Below, in pieces: positions 1 through 8,845 of a stretch of 64,000 nt of DNA. The first letter of the stretch is position 1. Each line of letters begins with the position of its first letter. This DNA comes from an uncultured Gammaproteobacteria bacterium (GTDB lineage Bacteria > Patescibacteriota > Patescibacteriia > SBBC01 > CAIJZX01), in assembly GCA_964518425.1 (NCBI GenBank), contig CAZFGG010000004.1, forward strand, positions 5,701 through 69,700. Direction: 5' to 3'. The notes beneath the pieces were generated by a model. It saw only the letters and a program-made list of their open reading frames with translations, was not told the DNA's origin and ran no database searches. Position numbers and translations under genes: made by a program.

Positions 1-199
1 CGGGTGACGGGACCCGCTGATGAAGATTCATCAGAATGATGTTGTATGGGTCCCGGATGGGAGCCCCGACATCGGGGCACAAACATCGTGGACAGACCTT
101 ATCATGGGTCGTCTTTTCTGGCAAGTCCTGGTTCCATTTGTCATTGGTGTCGGGGTAAGGGGTGCCGGAATCGCTCTTTTCCGCTATACTGAGCCTCAG

Positions 200-1411
200 A
201 TGAGCGAAACCCTCTTTATTATTGGCCGAGAACCAGAGCTATCGGTAGCCGAGCTAGAAGCGGTCGCTCCGTCATGGGCGGCAGAGGTGATTGATATTCA
301 ACCTACGGGGGTGTTGCTGTGTCATGACCAACCTTTAGCGAGTCGGGCTATTGATCGGCTCGGCGGAAGCGTTAAACAGGTGGCCGTTGCAGAATGTTAT
401 GATCCGGCCGAAGGATTGCTGAAGCTGGCGGAACGAGTATGCACGGCGGACTGGCTCACTCAGCAGTTCTCAACCGAGCGGATTGAATTCGGTGTCAGCG
501 TCTATGGGTGGTCGAGCAGAGAACGACAGGCCATCCAAAAACATTTTTTGGGCCTAAAGAAAGCCGTCCACGCTAGCGGCCGGCCAGTCCGTCTGGCGAT
601 CTCCAAAGAGCCGCAAATGTCCGCCGTGACCGTTCATCGGAACGGATTAGATAAACGCGGCAAGGAATTTGTGTTTTTTAGGACTAGTGAGAATATCGTG
701 CTCGGGGTGACGACAGCAGTCCAAGACTATCAGGCCTATGCCGTTCGTGATTTCGGCCGCCCGGCCGCCAATCCAAAAAGCGGCATGTTGCCGCCAAAGG
801 TAGCCCAGATGATGCTGAACATCGCTCAGGTCAAATCGGATGACGTTCTGCTTGATCCGTTTTGTGGATCGGGTACGGTTCTGCAAGAAGCCCTCCTGCT
901 CGGCGCCCATGAAGTTCATGGCAGTGACAGCGAAGGGCGGGCCGTTAGGGATAGCCAGGAAAATATCCGCTGGCTGATGAAAGAATATTCGAAGATTCAA
1001 GCCACGGCTGAAATTACCAAGCGTGATGTTCGCGAAGGCGGGGCGAAACCCTCAGTGATCGTGACCGAACCCTACCTCGGTCTAGCTTTGCGCGGCAACG
1101 AAACGCAGAAGGGAATCTTGGCTCAAGCTAAGCAACTTGAGACGCTCTATCGCCAAGCGGCAACGCAGTGGTCAAAGTCTCTCCGCCCGGGGGGACGGTT
1201 GGTGATGATTTGGCCAGAGTTTGTCGTCAACGGTGAATACATTGTCCTTGACCTGGCCGCTGAGTTTCAACGCCTCCGCTTTTCACCCCAACCGGTCCTG
1301 ACTGAAAAAGCGGCCCAGCTGGTTAATAATGGCGATCGTTTTGTTCTGACCTATGGTCGGGATGACGCCAAGGTGCGACGACAGATCAGGAAGTGGACGT
1401 TAGCTAAATAA
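200..1411 (+). CDS. TRM11-like / THUMP-type SAM-dependent RNA methyltransferase
   Basis: Motifs LLDPFCGSGT (SAM binding), MLPPKVAQMM and VTEPYLG. Start moved from 20 to ATG 200 (MSETLFIIGREPELS), 9 nt after TATACT at 185-190. Confidence 0.8.
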   Translation: MSETLFIIGREPELSVAELEAVAPSWAAEVIDIQPTGVLLCHDQPLASRAIDRLGGSVKQVAVAECYDPAEGLLKLAERVCTADWLTQQFSTERIEFGVSVYGWSSRERQAIQKHFLGLKKAVHASGRPVRLAISKEPQMSAVTVHRNGLDKRGKEFVFFRTSENIVLGVTTAVQDYQAYAVRDFGRPAANPKSGMLPPKVAQMMLNIAQVKSDDVLLDPFCGSGTVLQEALLLGAHEVHGSDSEGRAVRDSQENIRWLMKEYSKIQATAEITKRDVREGGAKPSVIVTEPYLGLALRGNETQKGILAQAKQLETLYRQAATQWSKSLRPGGRLVMIWPEFVVNGEYIVLDLAAEFQRLRFSPQPVLTEKAAQLVNNGDRFVLTYGRDDAKVRRQIRKWTLAK

Positions 1412-1490
1412 GACCCCTTCCCGTCGTCCCGTTTCTTGAAGCTCGAACGGGACTTCCTCCATTCCCTCTCAACGAGGGGGACGTATCTAT

Positions 1491-1519
1491 AAAACGACCA
1501 GCCGGGGGAAGCTGGTCGT
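1491..1519 (-). terminator. Intrinsic terminator of the minus-strand micro-ORF transcript
   Basis: Minus strand ACGACCAGC-ttcccccg-GCTGGTCGT-TTTAT. Confidence 0.7.
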
Positions 1520-1567
1520 AGTGCTGCGCAGGGGGATGAGCCCTGCTAGATATGGATCACCTCCTCG

Positions 1568-1612
1568 CTAACGGTTGTCGTTGACGTGCGTCAGCGGATG
1601 CTGGAACAGCAT
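1568..1612 (-). CDS. 14-aa micro-ORF MLFQHPLTHVNDNR
   Basis: GAAGGAG SD then ATG...TAG, read by hand; below the ORF-track cutoff. Confidence 0.4.
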   Translation of the reverse strand: MLFQHPLTHVNDNR

Positions 1613-1659
1613 CGGAGGGCTCCTTCACGGTGAAAGGTCGGTGGTGATCGGCGCCATCG

Positions 1660-1812
1660 TCACGCCGCGATTCGTTTCAACTCCACCCGGTGTGTGGTGA
1701 CGATCCTCCTCCAGTGAGTGGCGATGAACTTCGCGAGCAGATTGCCGCGATGCTTCGGATGAAGCGGGAACTTCGAGGTGCGGCGATGAGGGAGAGACCG
1801 GCCTGGCTTCAC
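1660..1812 (-). CDS. 50-aa basic small protein MKPGRSLPHRRTSKFPLHPKHRGNLLAKFIATHWRRIVTTHRVELKRIAA
   Basis: AGGAGG SD before GTG 1812; promoter upstream and terminator downstream; read by hand. Confidence 0.5.
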   Translation of the reverse strand: MKPGRSLPHRRTSKFPLHPKHRGNLLAKFIATHWRRIVTTHRVELKRIAA

Positions 1813-1883
1813 GAACCCTCCTGGCGTGAAGATGAACAAGTCGCCACAGTTCGATCGAACTGTGGATGTAAAAAACTATGGTC

Positions 1884-1913
1884 AGTATAAACCCGATTGA
1901 GAGTACTCTTCAA
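1884..1913 (-). promoter_or_regulatory. sigma70-type promoter
   Basis: TTGAAG-18 nt-TATACT on the minus strand. Confidence 0.55.
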
Positions 1914-1920
1914 GTTCTGG

Positions 1921-3000
1921 TCAAGCGCTGACCCGAAAAAACAAGACGTCTCCGTCCTGAATGACGTATTCTTTGCCTTCAATCCGTAACTTTCCGCTTG
2001 TTTTGGCGTTTTCCCATGAGCCGGCTGCAATCAGATCAGGATAACTGACAACTTCCGCGCGAATGAAATGTTGTTCAAAGTCGCTGTGGATAACCCCGGC
2101 GGCTTGGGGAGCCTTCGTGCCAACGGGGACAGTCCAGGCGCGCGTTTCATCGGGTCCGGTTGTGAGGAACGTCACGAGCCCAAGGAGTCGGTAGGCGGCT
2201 TGAATCAAACGATCGAGGCCAGAAGCCTGTAATCCGAGCTCGGCTAAATAACTTCTGACATCATCCACGGGCAAGTCGACCAGCTCTTGTTCAACTTTGA
2301 CGGCGATGACGACCGTTCGGTCGACTGGTAATCCATACGCAGAGGGTTTGGCACTAGCGACTTGTGATTCGCTGACATTCAGGATATAGAGCAGCGGTTT
2401 GATCGTCAGTAAATTCAGCGTCGTGATGATCAATTGCTCATCGTCAGTTAAGATCATTTCTCGGACTGCGTGACCATCAGACAAATGAAGCTGAATCCGT
2501 TCAACCAGAGCTAATTCTGCTGCCTGTACTTTATCGAGTCCAGCCCTCTTCTGTTTCGTTAGCGATTCGACGCGTTTCCCAATAGTGGCCAAGTCAGCCA
2601 TAGCTAACTCAATATCAATCGTACTCACATCCGACTGGGGGTCTACTTTCCCACCGACATGAATGACGTTCGGATCATCAAAAGCGCGGACGACTTCAGC
2701 GATCGCGTCAACTTCGCGGATATTAGCTAGGAATTTATTTCCCAGGCCCTCGCCCTGGTGAGCGCCTTTGACGAGACCGGCAATGTCAACGAATTCAATG
2801 GTCGTCGCAATAGTTTTGGCCGACTTCTCCATTTTCGTAAGCACATCGAGCCGCTCATCAGGTACGGCCACGACACCAACATTTGGGTCAATCGTGGCGA
2901 AGGGGTAGTTCGATGTGTCGACCTGTTTCTTCGTCAGGACCTGAAACAGGGATGATTTACCGACGTTCGGGAGACCGACAATACCAACGGAAAATGACAT
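1921..3000 (-). CDS. ychF: Redox-regulated ATPase YchF
   Basis: [41 protein letters not shown] and C-terminal TGS domain. Confidence 0.97.
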   Translation of the reverse strand: MSFSVGIVGLPNVGKSSLFQVLTKKQVDTSNYPFATIDPNVGVVAVPDERLDVLTKMEKSAKTIATTIEFVDIAGLVKGAHQGEGLGNKFLANIREVDAIAEVVRAFDDPNVIHVGGKVDPQSDVSTIDIELAMADLATIGKRVESLTKQKRAGLDKVQAAELALVERIQLHLSDGHAVREMILTDDEQLIITTLNLLTIKPLLYILNVSESQVASAKPSAYGLPVDRTVVIAVKVEQELVDLPVDDVRSYLAELGLQASGLDRLIQAAYRLLGLVTFLTTGPDETRAWTVPVGTKAPQAAGVIHSDFEQHFIRAEVVSYPDLIAAGSWENAKTSGKLRIEGKEYVIQDGDVLFFRVSA

Positions 3001-3022
3001 AGGTCACGATGGTATCACGTCA

Positions 3023-3051
3023 TTGACCTTGAATCAATTCGGGCGTAGTCT
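3023..3051 (+). promoter_or_regulatory. sigma70-type promoter
   Basis: TTGACC-17 nt-TAGTCT. Confidence 0.6.
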
Positions 3052-3135
3052 AGAAAAATCACGCTCTTCCAGAAAGGAGGATCGCATAGTTCCTTGGTAC
3101 GCTGTTCGCGCCCACCCTCAATGACTGAGGAAGCC

Positions 3136-3450
3136 ATGGACCAATTCCCGTATGATGGGTATCCGTGGTTGACGCTGGGCTTGACTCGGGCGATGCTTCT
3201 GAACTGGCTGCGAAGCATCGAGGATCGCCACCTGCACGACTTCCCTGCCAGCGACAACAAGGCAGCACTCGAGCTCGTCGATCTCCGACGGGCAATCACC
3301 GCGGCCGAGCAGGCCGACATGCCAACGGCGATGGATATCGCCGACCAGCTGTGGTTCTTCTACCGCTCCAAGGACCGCTACGAGCTGTCCTCACTCTGTA
3401 TCAAGGTATCCAACCTGCGATACCACCTTCCCGAGCTGCACGTAGCCTAA
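3136..3450 (+). CDS. Orphan helical hypothetical protein (cassette)
   Basis: GAGGA before ATG 3136; own promoter and terminator (3438-3467); C-rich third codon positions. Confidence 0.65.
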   Translation: MDQFPYDGYPWLTLGLTRAMLLNWLRSIEDRHLHDFPASDNKAALELVDLRRAITAAEQADMPTAMDIADQLWFFYRSKDRYELSSLCIKVSNLRYHLPELHVA

Positions 3451-3467
3451 CCGCTACGTGCTTTTTT
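3438..3467 (+). terminator. Intrinsic terminator
   Basis: GCACGTAGC-ctaacc-GCTACGTGC-TTTTTT. Confidence 0.7.
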
Positions 3468-3480
3468 CGCGCCACGAATA

Positions 3481-3509
3481 TTGACATTTTTTCTCTTCAA
3501 GGGTAGGCT
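3481..3509 (+). promoter_or_regulatory. sigma70-type promoter
   Basis: TTGACA-17 nt-TAGGCT. Confidence 0.6.
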
Positions 3510-3553
3510 CCGTCCGAATCGTTCGTTCATTTCACACCTCGGTGGAGGTCTTC

Positions 3554-4117
3554 ATGCGGCTAACGCGAAAGTTCGCACTCTTCGCCTTGCTGTTCGTCCA
3601 GTTGCTCGTCCAGGCTCACCCTACTGCGGCATCTGATGTCAGAATCGTCAAGGCGCCGGTCAGTCTGAAGGTATTGGACTGGAACGGAAAGCCCATACAA
3701 ACGACTGGCGGTTTCATCCGTTTCGTGTTGAGTGATTTCGGAAGCGCCTGGGATCGGAAGTACTGGGTTACGATGAGCGGTGCGCCTGATGACAGTGGGG
3801 CCATGACGGTGATGGCCGATGTCCCGGTCAGCCCATCCTACATCCGGAAGGCGGTTCAGCACGCCAAAGGCCGAACGCAATTTGAATTGAACCTCGGTTT
3901 CCAAGTTCTCGATGTCAATTCGCAGCCGCTGCATCTTGACAATGGACTACTCCTCATCATCACTGGCATTGGTCAGGATCCATGGCCGGCGGGTACGGAA
4001 GTCCGGGTCAGAACCGTGCTCAATACTCATGGGTACACCCTGACGAAGGTGCAGTTTCCACTCAACCATACCATCATGCATAACTTCTTGCTGATGGCTG
4101 ACGACCGACGACGGTAA
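3554..4117 (+). CDS. Orphan secreted hypothetical protein (cassette)
   Basis: GGAGGT SD before ATG 3554; signal peptide MRLTRKFALFALLFVQLLVQAHPTAA. Confidence 0.7.
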   Translation: MRLTRKFALFALLFVQLLVQAHPTAASDVRIVKAPVSLKVLDWNGKPIQTTGGFIRFVLSDFGSAWDRKYWVTMSGAPDDSGAMTVMADVPVSPSYIRKAVQHAKGRTQFELNLGFQVLDVNSQPLHLDNGLLLIITGIGQDPWPAGTEVRVRTVLNTHGYTLTKVQFPLNHTIMHNFLLMADDRRR

Positions 4118-4136
4118 CTGCGTCAGTTCTCTAACT

Positions 4137-4166
4137 AGCCGCGTTGCAAGCAACGCGGCTCTTTTT
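4137..4166 (+). terminator. Intrinsic terminator
   Basis: AGCCGCGTTGC-aa-GCAACGCGGCT-CTTTTT. Confidence 0.7.
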
Positions 4167-4176
4167 ATTGAACGTA

Positions 4177-4527
4177 CTATGCCAACTTGCTCTTAGTGCC
4201 GAAAATAATATTGGCGCCCCAGCCGATAATCGCCAGGACGATTGAGCCGAGTAAAGCCGGTCCGAAGCCAGTAACGGAAAATCCAGGGACAAAGTAGGCC
4301 GTGAGCATGAAGAGCAAGGCGTTGATAACCAGGACGAATAGCCCCAAGCTCAGAATCGTGATCGGTAGGGTCAGAAAAACCAGGATCGGTCGGACGAAGG
4401 CGTTGGCGAAGCCTAAAACGAGGGCCACGAGCAGGGCGGAAATGAAACTCGTAACGGTAATACCTGGGACGAGGTAGGCGACGAGCATGACGGCGAGAGC
4501 GCTGATCAACCAGCGAAGAAGAATCAT
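4177..4527 (-). CDS. YvlD/DUF360 'phage holin family' membrane protein
   Basis: Four TM helices; N..VRPIL..LTLPITILSLGLF.LVINA signature. Confidence 0.85.
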   Translation of the reverse strand: MILLRWLISALAVMLVAYLVPGITVTSFISALLVALVLGFANAFVRPILVFLTLPITILSLGLFVLVINALLFMLTAYFVPGFSVTGFGPALLGSIVLAIIGWGANIIFGTKSKLA

Positions 4528-5315
4528 CGGCGTGTCGTTAATGCTAAGTATTGGGTATTATACAACAAATAGGCCACGGTCAAAGGCCCGACGCCACCGG
4601 GGACCGGACTGACCGCTTTCGCGACGGTCCAGACGCTCTGGTCAACATCACCAACCGTTTTGCCATACTCATGCCGGATACCAACGTCAACAACGATAGC
4701 ACGAGGCTTGACTTGTGAGCCAAGGAGCTTTGGTCCACGGCCGAGTACGGTCACGATGATATCCGACTTTTTTGTGAAACGAGTCCATTGTACTGACATG
4801 ATGCTCACTGTCCATCCACGACGCTCAAAGACTGAGCGGAGCTGCTTAGTATAGACCGTTTGTTTGCCCAGGATCGCGACCCGTGAATGTTTCGATGGCC
4901 GTCCCAAAGCAATCAACTTCAAGACGGCGGCCACGGGTGGGGGAACAATTCGTGTGTTGTTCGGATGAAACCCATCAACATCTTTTTGAGGGTTGATGGT
5001 TTGAATGGCGCGATTCGCGTGAAGATGGGTTGGCAAGGGTAACTGGAGCAAAATACCGGTGATTGATGGGCGATGATTTAATTGCCTGATCAGGCGCAGT
5101 AATGTTTTTTCACTCGTCCGCTCTGGAAGGTGACGCTGCTCGGTCGCGATGCCGACGCGTTTGGCCGCCGCGACTTTCAGCTTGACGTACAGCTTGGAAT
5201 CAAAGCGCTGACCGACCACAATCGTGGCCAGCTTGGCTTTGTGCTTTCGACGCTGGAGTTGATCTAAGAGTTGGTCAGCCGCTAAGCGACCATCAAGACG
5301 TCGAGCCATCTTCAT
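4524..5315 (-). CDS. folD: Methylenetetrahydrofolate dehydrogenase/cyclohydrolase
   Basis: GILLQLPLP, KDVDGFHP, VVDVGI, SPVPGGVGPLTVA. Confidence 0.92.
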   Translation of the reverse strand: MKMARRLDGRLAADQLLDQLQRRKHKAKLATIVVGQRFDSKLYVKLKVAAAKRVGIATEQRHLPERTSEKTLLRLIRQLNHRPSITGILLQLPLPTHLHANRAIQTINPQKDVDGFHPNNTRIVPPPVAAVLKLIALGRPSKHSRVAILGKQTVYTKQLRSVFERRGWTVSIMSVQWTRFTKKSDIIVTVLGRGPKLLGSQVKPRAIVVDVGIRHEYGKTVGDVDQSVWTVAKAVSPVPGGVGPLTVAYLLYNTQYLALTTRR

Positions 5316-6541
5316 TGGAGATCGGGGTAGAGCGGGAAAGCGCCAGCCAATTGGCGAATACCATCGGTAACTTTGCGTTTCACGGCTTCATCGGCTGGTG
5401 AGCGTAGGCGTTCAAGCAAGAGGTGTGTGAGTTGTTCAACGTCCTTTTCTTTCATCCCGCGTGAGGTGACGGCTGGGGTGCCGACGCGGATGCCGGACGG
5501 ATCAAGCGGTTTACGTGGGTCGTTGGGTATGAGGTTTTTGTTCACATAGATCCCAACCTCTTCGAGTAGTTTTTCCGCTTGCGCGCCAGTTAGGCCAAGC
5601 GGAGTGACGTCAGCGAGAATGAGATGATTATCCGTTCCGCCCGTCGCGACGCTCAGCCCATGAGCCGATAGTGTTGTGGCCATGGTCGTGGCGTTCGCCA
5701 ATGTTTGGGCCTGGTATATTTTGAAATTTGGCTCCAGCGCTTCGGCAAAGGCCTGGGCTTTGCCAGCGATCACATGATCGAGTGGGCCGCCCTGCAGGCC
5801 GGGCATGACCGCTTTATCAATCGCTTCGGCGTGTTGCTGCTTCGTCAAGATAATCGCGCCGCGCGGCCCACGCAAGGTTTTGTGCGTCGTTGTGGTGACA
5901 ATATCGGCGTGCGGGAATGGATTGGGGTGAAGATCGGTGACGATCAAACCAGCGACATGGGCCACGTCAGCCAAGTGAAGTGCGCCGACGTTACGGGCAA
6001 TTTCACCGAAGCGTTGAAAGTCGATTTGACGGGGATAGGCTGAAGCACCGGAAATAATGAGTTTAGGTTTATGCTCCTGCGCTAAGCGTTCGACCTCGTC
6101 GTAATCTATCAGACCATCGGCGTTGACGCCGTAGTGGACAATTGTGTAGAACTGCCCGGAAATGTTTCGTTTGAAACCGTGGGTTAAGTGTCCGCCGGCA
6201 GACAAGCTCATCGACAGGATCGTGTCGTGGGGTTTGAGCAAGGCCAGAAAAACTGCCACGTTGGCGATGGCGCCGGCGTGGGGTTGGACATTGGCGTGGT
6301 CGGCGCCGAAGAGTTTCTTGGCGCGATCAATGGCCAGGTTCTCGATCTGATCGACGATTTGATTACCACCGTAATAGCGCTTGCCCGGATAGCCTTCGGA
6401 ATATTTGTTCGTCAGCACGCTACCAACGGCTTGGAGAACGGCGGGCGAGGCTATGTTTTCTGAAGCGATCAGTGTTAAGCCGTCGCGCTGACGTTTAAGT
6501 TCAGCGGCCAGAAGTTTTTTCAGCAAGGGATCAAGCGACAT
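5312..6541 (-). CDS. glyA: Serine hydroxymethyltransferase
   Basis: LIASEN, NKYSEGYPGKRYYGG, TTTTHKTLRGPRG. Confidence 0.98.
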   Translation of the reverse strand: MSLDPLLKKLLAAELKRQRDGLTLIASENIASPAVLQAVGSVLTNKYSEGYPGKRYYGGNQIVDQIENLAIDRAKKLFGADHANVQPHAGAIANVAVFLALLKPHDTILSMSLSAGGHLTHGFKRNISGQFYTIVHYGVNADGLIDYDEVERLAQEHKPKLIISGASAYPRQIDFQRFGEIARNVGALHLADVAHVAGLIVTDLHPNPFPHADIVTTTTHKTLRGPRGAIILTKQQHAEAIDKAVMPGLQGGPLDHVIAGKAQAFAEALEPNFKIYQAQTLANATTMATTLSAHGLSVATGGTDNHLILADVTPLGLTGAQAEKLLEEVGIYVNKNLIPNDPRKPLDPSGIRVGTPAVTSRGMKEKDVEQLTHLLLERLRSPADEAVKRKVTDGIRQLAGAFPLYPDLQ

Positions 6542-7355
6542 AGTCAGGGCGTTGAGCGTGAATGCGTGTCAGCCAGACGATAACGGCTACTGACACAATA
6601 ACGAGGCCAGTGATGATTGGCAAACGGACGCCGTTCACCAGCGGCGTATGATCGACTCGCAGCGACTCGATAGCAATGCGTAACCCAGCGGCCAGAATAA
6701 GGTAGATCATAGCAATCGTGCCAGGCTGACCGGTAGCGAGGATGGGATGATTCGACCAGCGCCGTCGGTGTAACCAGATCATGAAAGCAGAAATCAGGAG
6801 ACTGCCGAGCGATTCGTAGAGAAAGGTCGGATGGAAATAAAGGGAATGAATAAATTGGAAGGGCCGGTGCGCGGTGTCAATTGGAATTCCCCACGGCAAG
6901 CCTGTCGGTCGTCCAAAGAGTTCTTGATTGAAGTAGTTTCCCCAGCGGCCGATAGCTTGCCCAACCGCTAAGCCAGGAGCAAGAATGTCCGTTAACGTCC
7001 AGAAAGGAATTTTCCGCCATCGTGAAAAGGCCAGCAGACCCAGTGTCCCCCCAATCAACCCGCCGTGCCAGGCCAAGCCCCCATTCCAGATTTTGATGAT
7101 GTCACTAAGATGTGCGCGGTAATAGCCCCACTCATTGGAGACATGGTACATGCGGGCCCCAACCAAACCAGTGATCAGAACGACGAGAAAAAGATCGACG
7201 ATGATGGTGTCACCAATCTGATATTTCTGGGCGATCCAGCGAACAACAAAAAATCCGGCCAGCGCGCCGATGGCCAAGGTCAAACCATACCAATGAATCG
7301 TCAGGTGACCGGCGTGGAAGAGAATAGCTTGTGGGTGCCAGGAATGGAGGAACAT
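6531..7355 (-). CDS. lgt: Prolipoprotein diacylglyceryl transferase
   Basis: IHWYG, GGLAWHGG, GQAIGRWGNYFNQELFG, HPTFLYES. Likely start ATG 7355, 7 nt after TATACT. Confidence 0.95.
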   Translation of the reverse strand: MFLHSWHPQAILFHAGHLTIHWYGLTLAIGALAGFFVVRWIAQKYQIGDTIIVDLFLVVLITGLVGARMYHVSNEWGYYRAHLSDIIKIWNGGLAWHGGLIGGTLGLLAFSRWRKIPFWTLTDILAPGLAVGQAIGRWGNYFNQELFGRPTGLPWGIPIDTAHRPFQFIHSLYFHPTFLYESLGSLLISAFMIWLHRRRWSNHPILATGQPGTIAMIYLILAAGLRIAIESLRVDHTPLVNGVRLPIITGLVIVSVAVIVWLTRIHAQRPDYVA

Positions 7356-7432
7356 CGGCTCAAGTATAGCACGCCCGGACAATCCAAAACGAGCTCCCGT
7401 GCTATACTAACCGTGTCAGAAACTACTTCACC

Positions 7433-8779
7433 ATGTCTATCGACCAATCCATTTTCAAATCCTACGACATCCGTGGAACCTCTCCGGATCAGCTGAACGC
7501 GGACGTGGCCTACAAGATTGGGCGGTCGTTCGCGACATTATTACAGGCCAAGAAAGTCATTGTCGGTCGCGATATGCGCTTGTCGGGACCAGAGTTGTTC
7601 GAGGCGGTAACACACGGGCTGATGGAGCAAGGAGCGGATGTCATTAATATCGGCATGGTCAGCACGGACGAATATTACTTTGCCTGCGGGACGCTTGGTT
7701 TACCGGGGATGATGATCACCGCTTCGCATAATCCGCCGCAGTACAACGGTTTCAAGATGGTTCGTCGAATGCCCCAGCTACTCAGCGGTCAAGAGGGGAT
7801 TCAAGAGCTCTACCGTTTATCACAAGCGGCCGCCTGGCCCGCGCCCAAACGCCAAGGAACAATGTCCGAGCAGGATGTCCGAGCGGGGTTTATCGACAAA
7901 GTATTGAGCCTGGTGGATGTCAAGAAAATTGGGACGGGCAAGGTTATCGCTGACACGGCCAACGGCATGGTCGGTCCGAACTTGACCGAAATTTTTTCGA
8001 GATTGCCGAAAATTAAGTTTACGGGAATATATCTCGAACCGGATGGTCGAACACCGAATCACGGACTTGACCCGCTGCAACTAGAAAACCGCGCCGAACT
8101 TCAGCGTCGTGTTGTCGCGGAAAGATGTGATGTCGGCTTAGCCTTCGACGGTGACGGTGACCGATTTTTCGTGATTGATGACCGGGGACAATTCGTCCCC
8201 GGGGACTTCCTGACTGCGTTACTTGGGCAGTACATGCTCAAGAAATACCCAGGGTCAAAAATTATTTATGACGTGCGGGCCTCTTGGGCAGTAGCTGACT
8301 TGATTAGCGCGGCCGGCGGGACACCGCTGATGGAGCGGGTCGGGCATACCTACATTAAGAAGCGAATGTCTCAAGAAGGCGCCGTGTTCGGCGGGGAAGT
8401 AACGGGACATTATTATTTCCGAGACTTCTTCTGCGCCGATTCGGGCGTTCTACCAGCACTACTTGTTCTGGAAATGATCTCGACGAGTGATAAAAAACTG
8501 TCGGAACTCCTTGCTCCGCTCGAAGAAAAATATTTCATTTCGGGAGAAATCAATACGAAGGTCAACGGAGATCCACAAACTCTGCTGAAAAAACTCGAAG
8601 GTAATTACGCGGACGCGAACGTCACCTGGCTCGATGGTATTTCCATTGACTATCCCGACTGGCATTGTAATGTTCGTGCGTCAAATACAGAGCCGTTGGT
8701 TCGATTAAACCTGGAAGCGAAAACTGCTGAGTTAATGGCCGCGAAACGCGATGAAGTCCTGGCAATAATTCGGGATTAA
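7433..8779 (+). CDS. manB: Phosphomannomutase/phosphoglucomutase
   Basis: FKSYDIRG, TASHNP, FDGDGDR, GGEVTGHYYF, RASNTEP. Confidence 0.92.
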   Translation: MSIDQSIFKSYDIRGTSPDQLNADVAYKIGRSFATLLQAKKVIVGRDMRLSGPELFEAVTHGLMEQGADVINIGMVSTDEYYFACGTLGLPGMMITASHNPPQYNGFKMVRRMPQLLSGQEGIQELYRLSQAAAWPAPKRQGTMSEQDVRAGFIDKVLSLVDVKKIGTGKVIADTANGMVGPNLTEIFSRLPKIKFTGIYLEPDGRTPNHGLDPLQLENRAELQRRVVAERCDVGLAFDGDGDRFFVIDDRGQFVPGDFLTALLGQYMLKKYPGSKIIYDVRASWAVADLISAAGGTPLMERVGHTYIKKRMSQEGAVFGGEVTGHYYFRDFFCADSGVLPALLVLEMISTSDKKLSELLAPLEEKYFISGEINTKVNGDPQTLLKKLEGNYADANVTWLDGISIDYPDWHCNVRASNTEPLVRLNLEAKTAELMAAKRDEVLAIIRD

Positions 8780-8845
8780 GGATGATTAGGGGCTAGCCAA
8801 AAGTCCCGAAATGTGCTATTCTAGGTGTAAGACAAAATACTAACT

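Noticed and set aside
20-199. N-terminal extension of the methyltransferase
   Set aside because: It overlaps hairpins and a -10 box; family-like sequence starts at ATG 200.
1553-1565. 16S rRNA gene fragment
   Set aside because: Only the 13-nt 3' tail matches; the flanks show no rRNA sequence.
1690-1890. Plus-strand 66-aa ORF
   Set aside because: No SD or promoter; promoter, SDs and terminator all support the minus strand.
4177-4527. Prophage holin
   Set aside because: YvlD-type protein in a housekeeping operon; no phage genes nearby.
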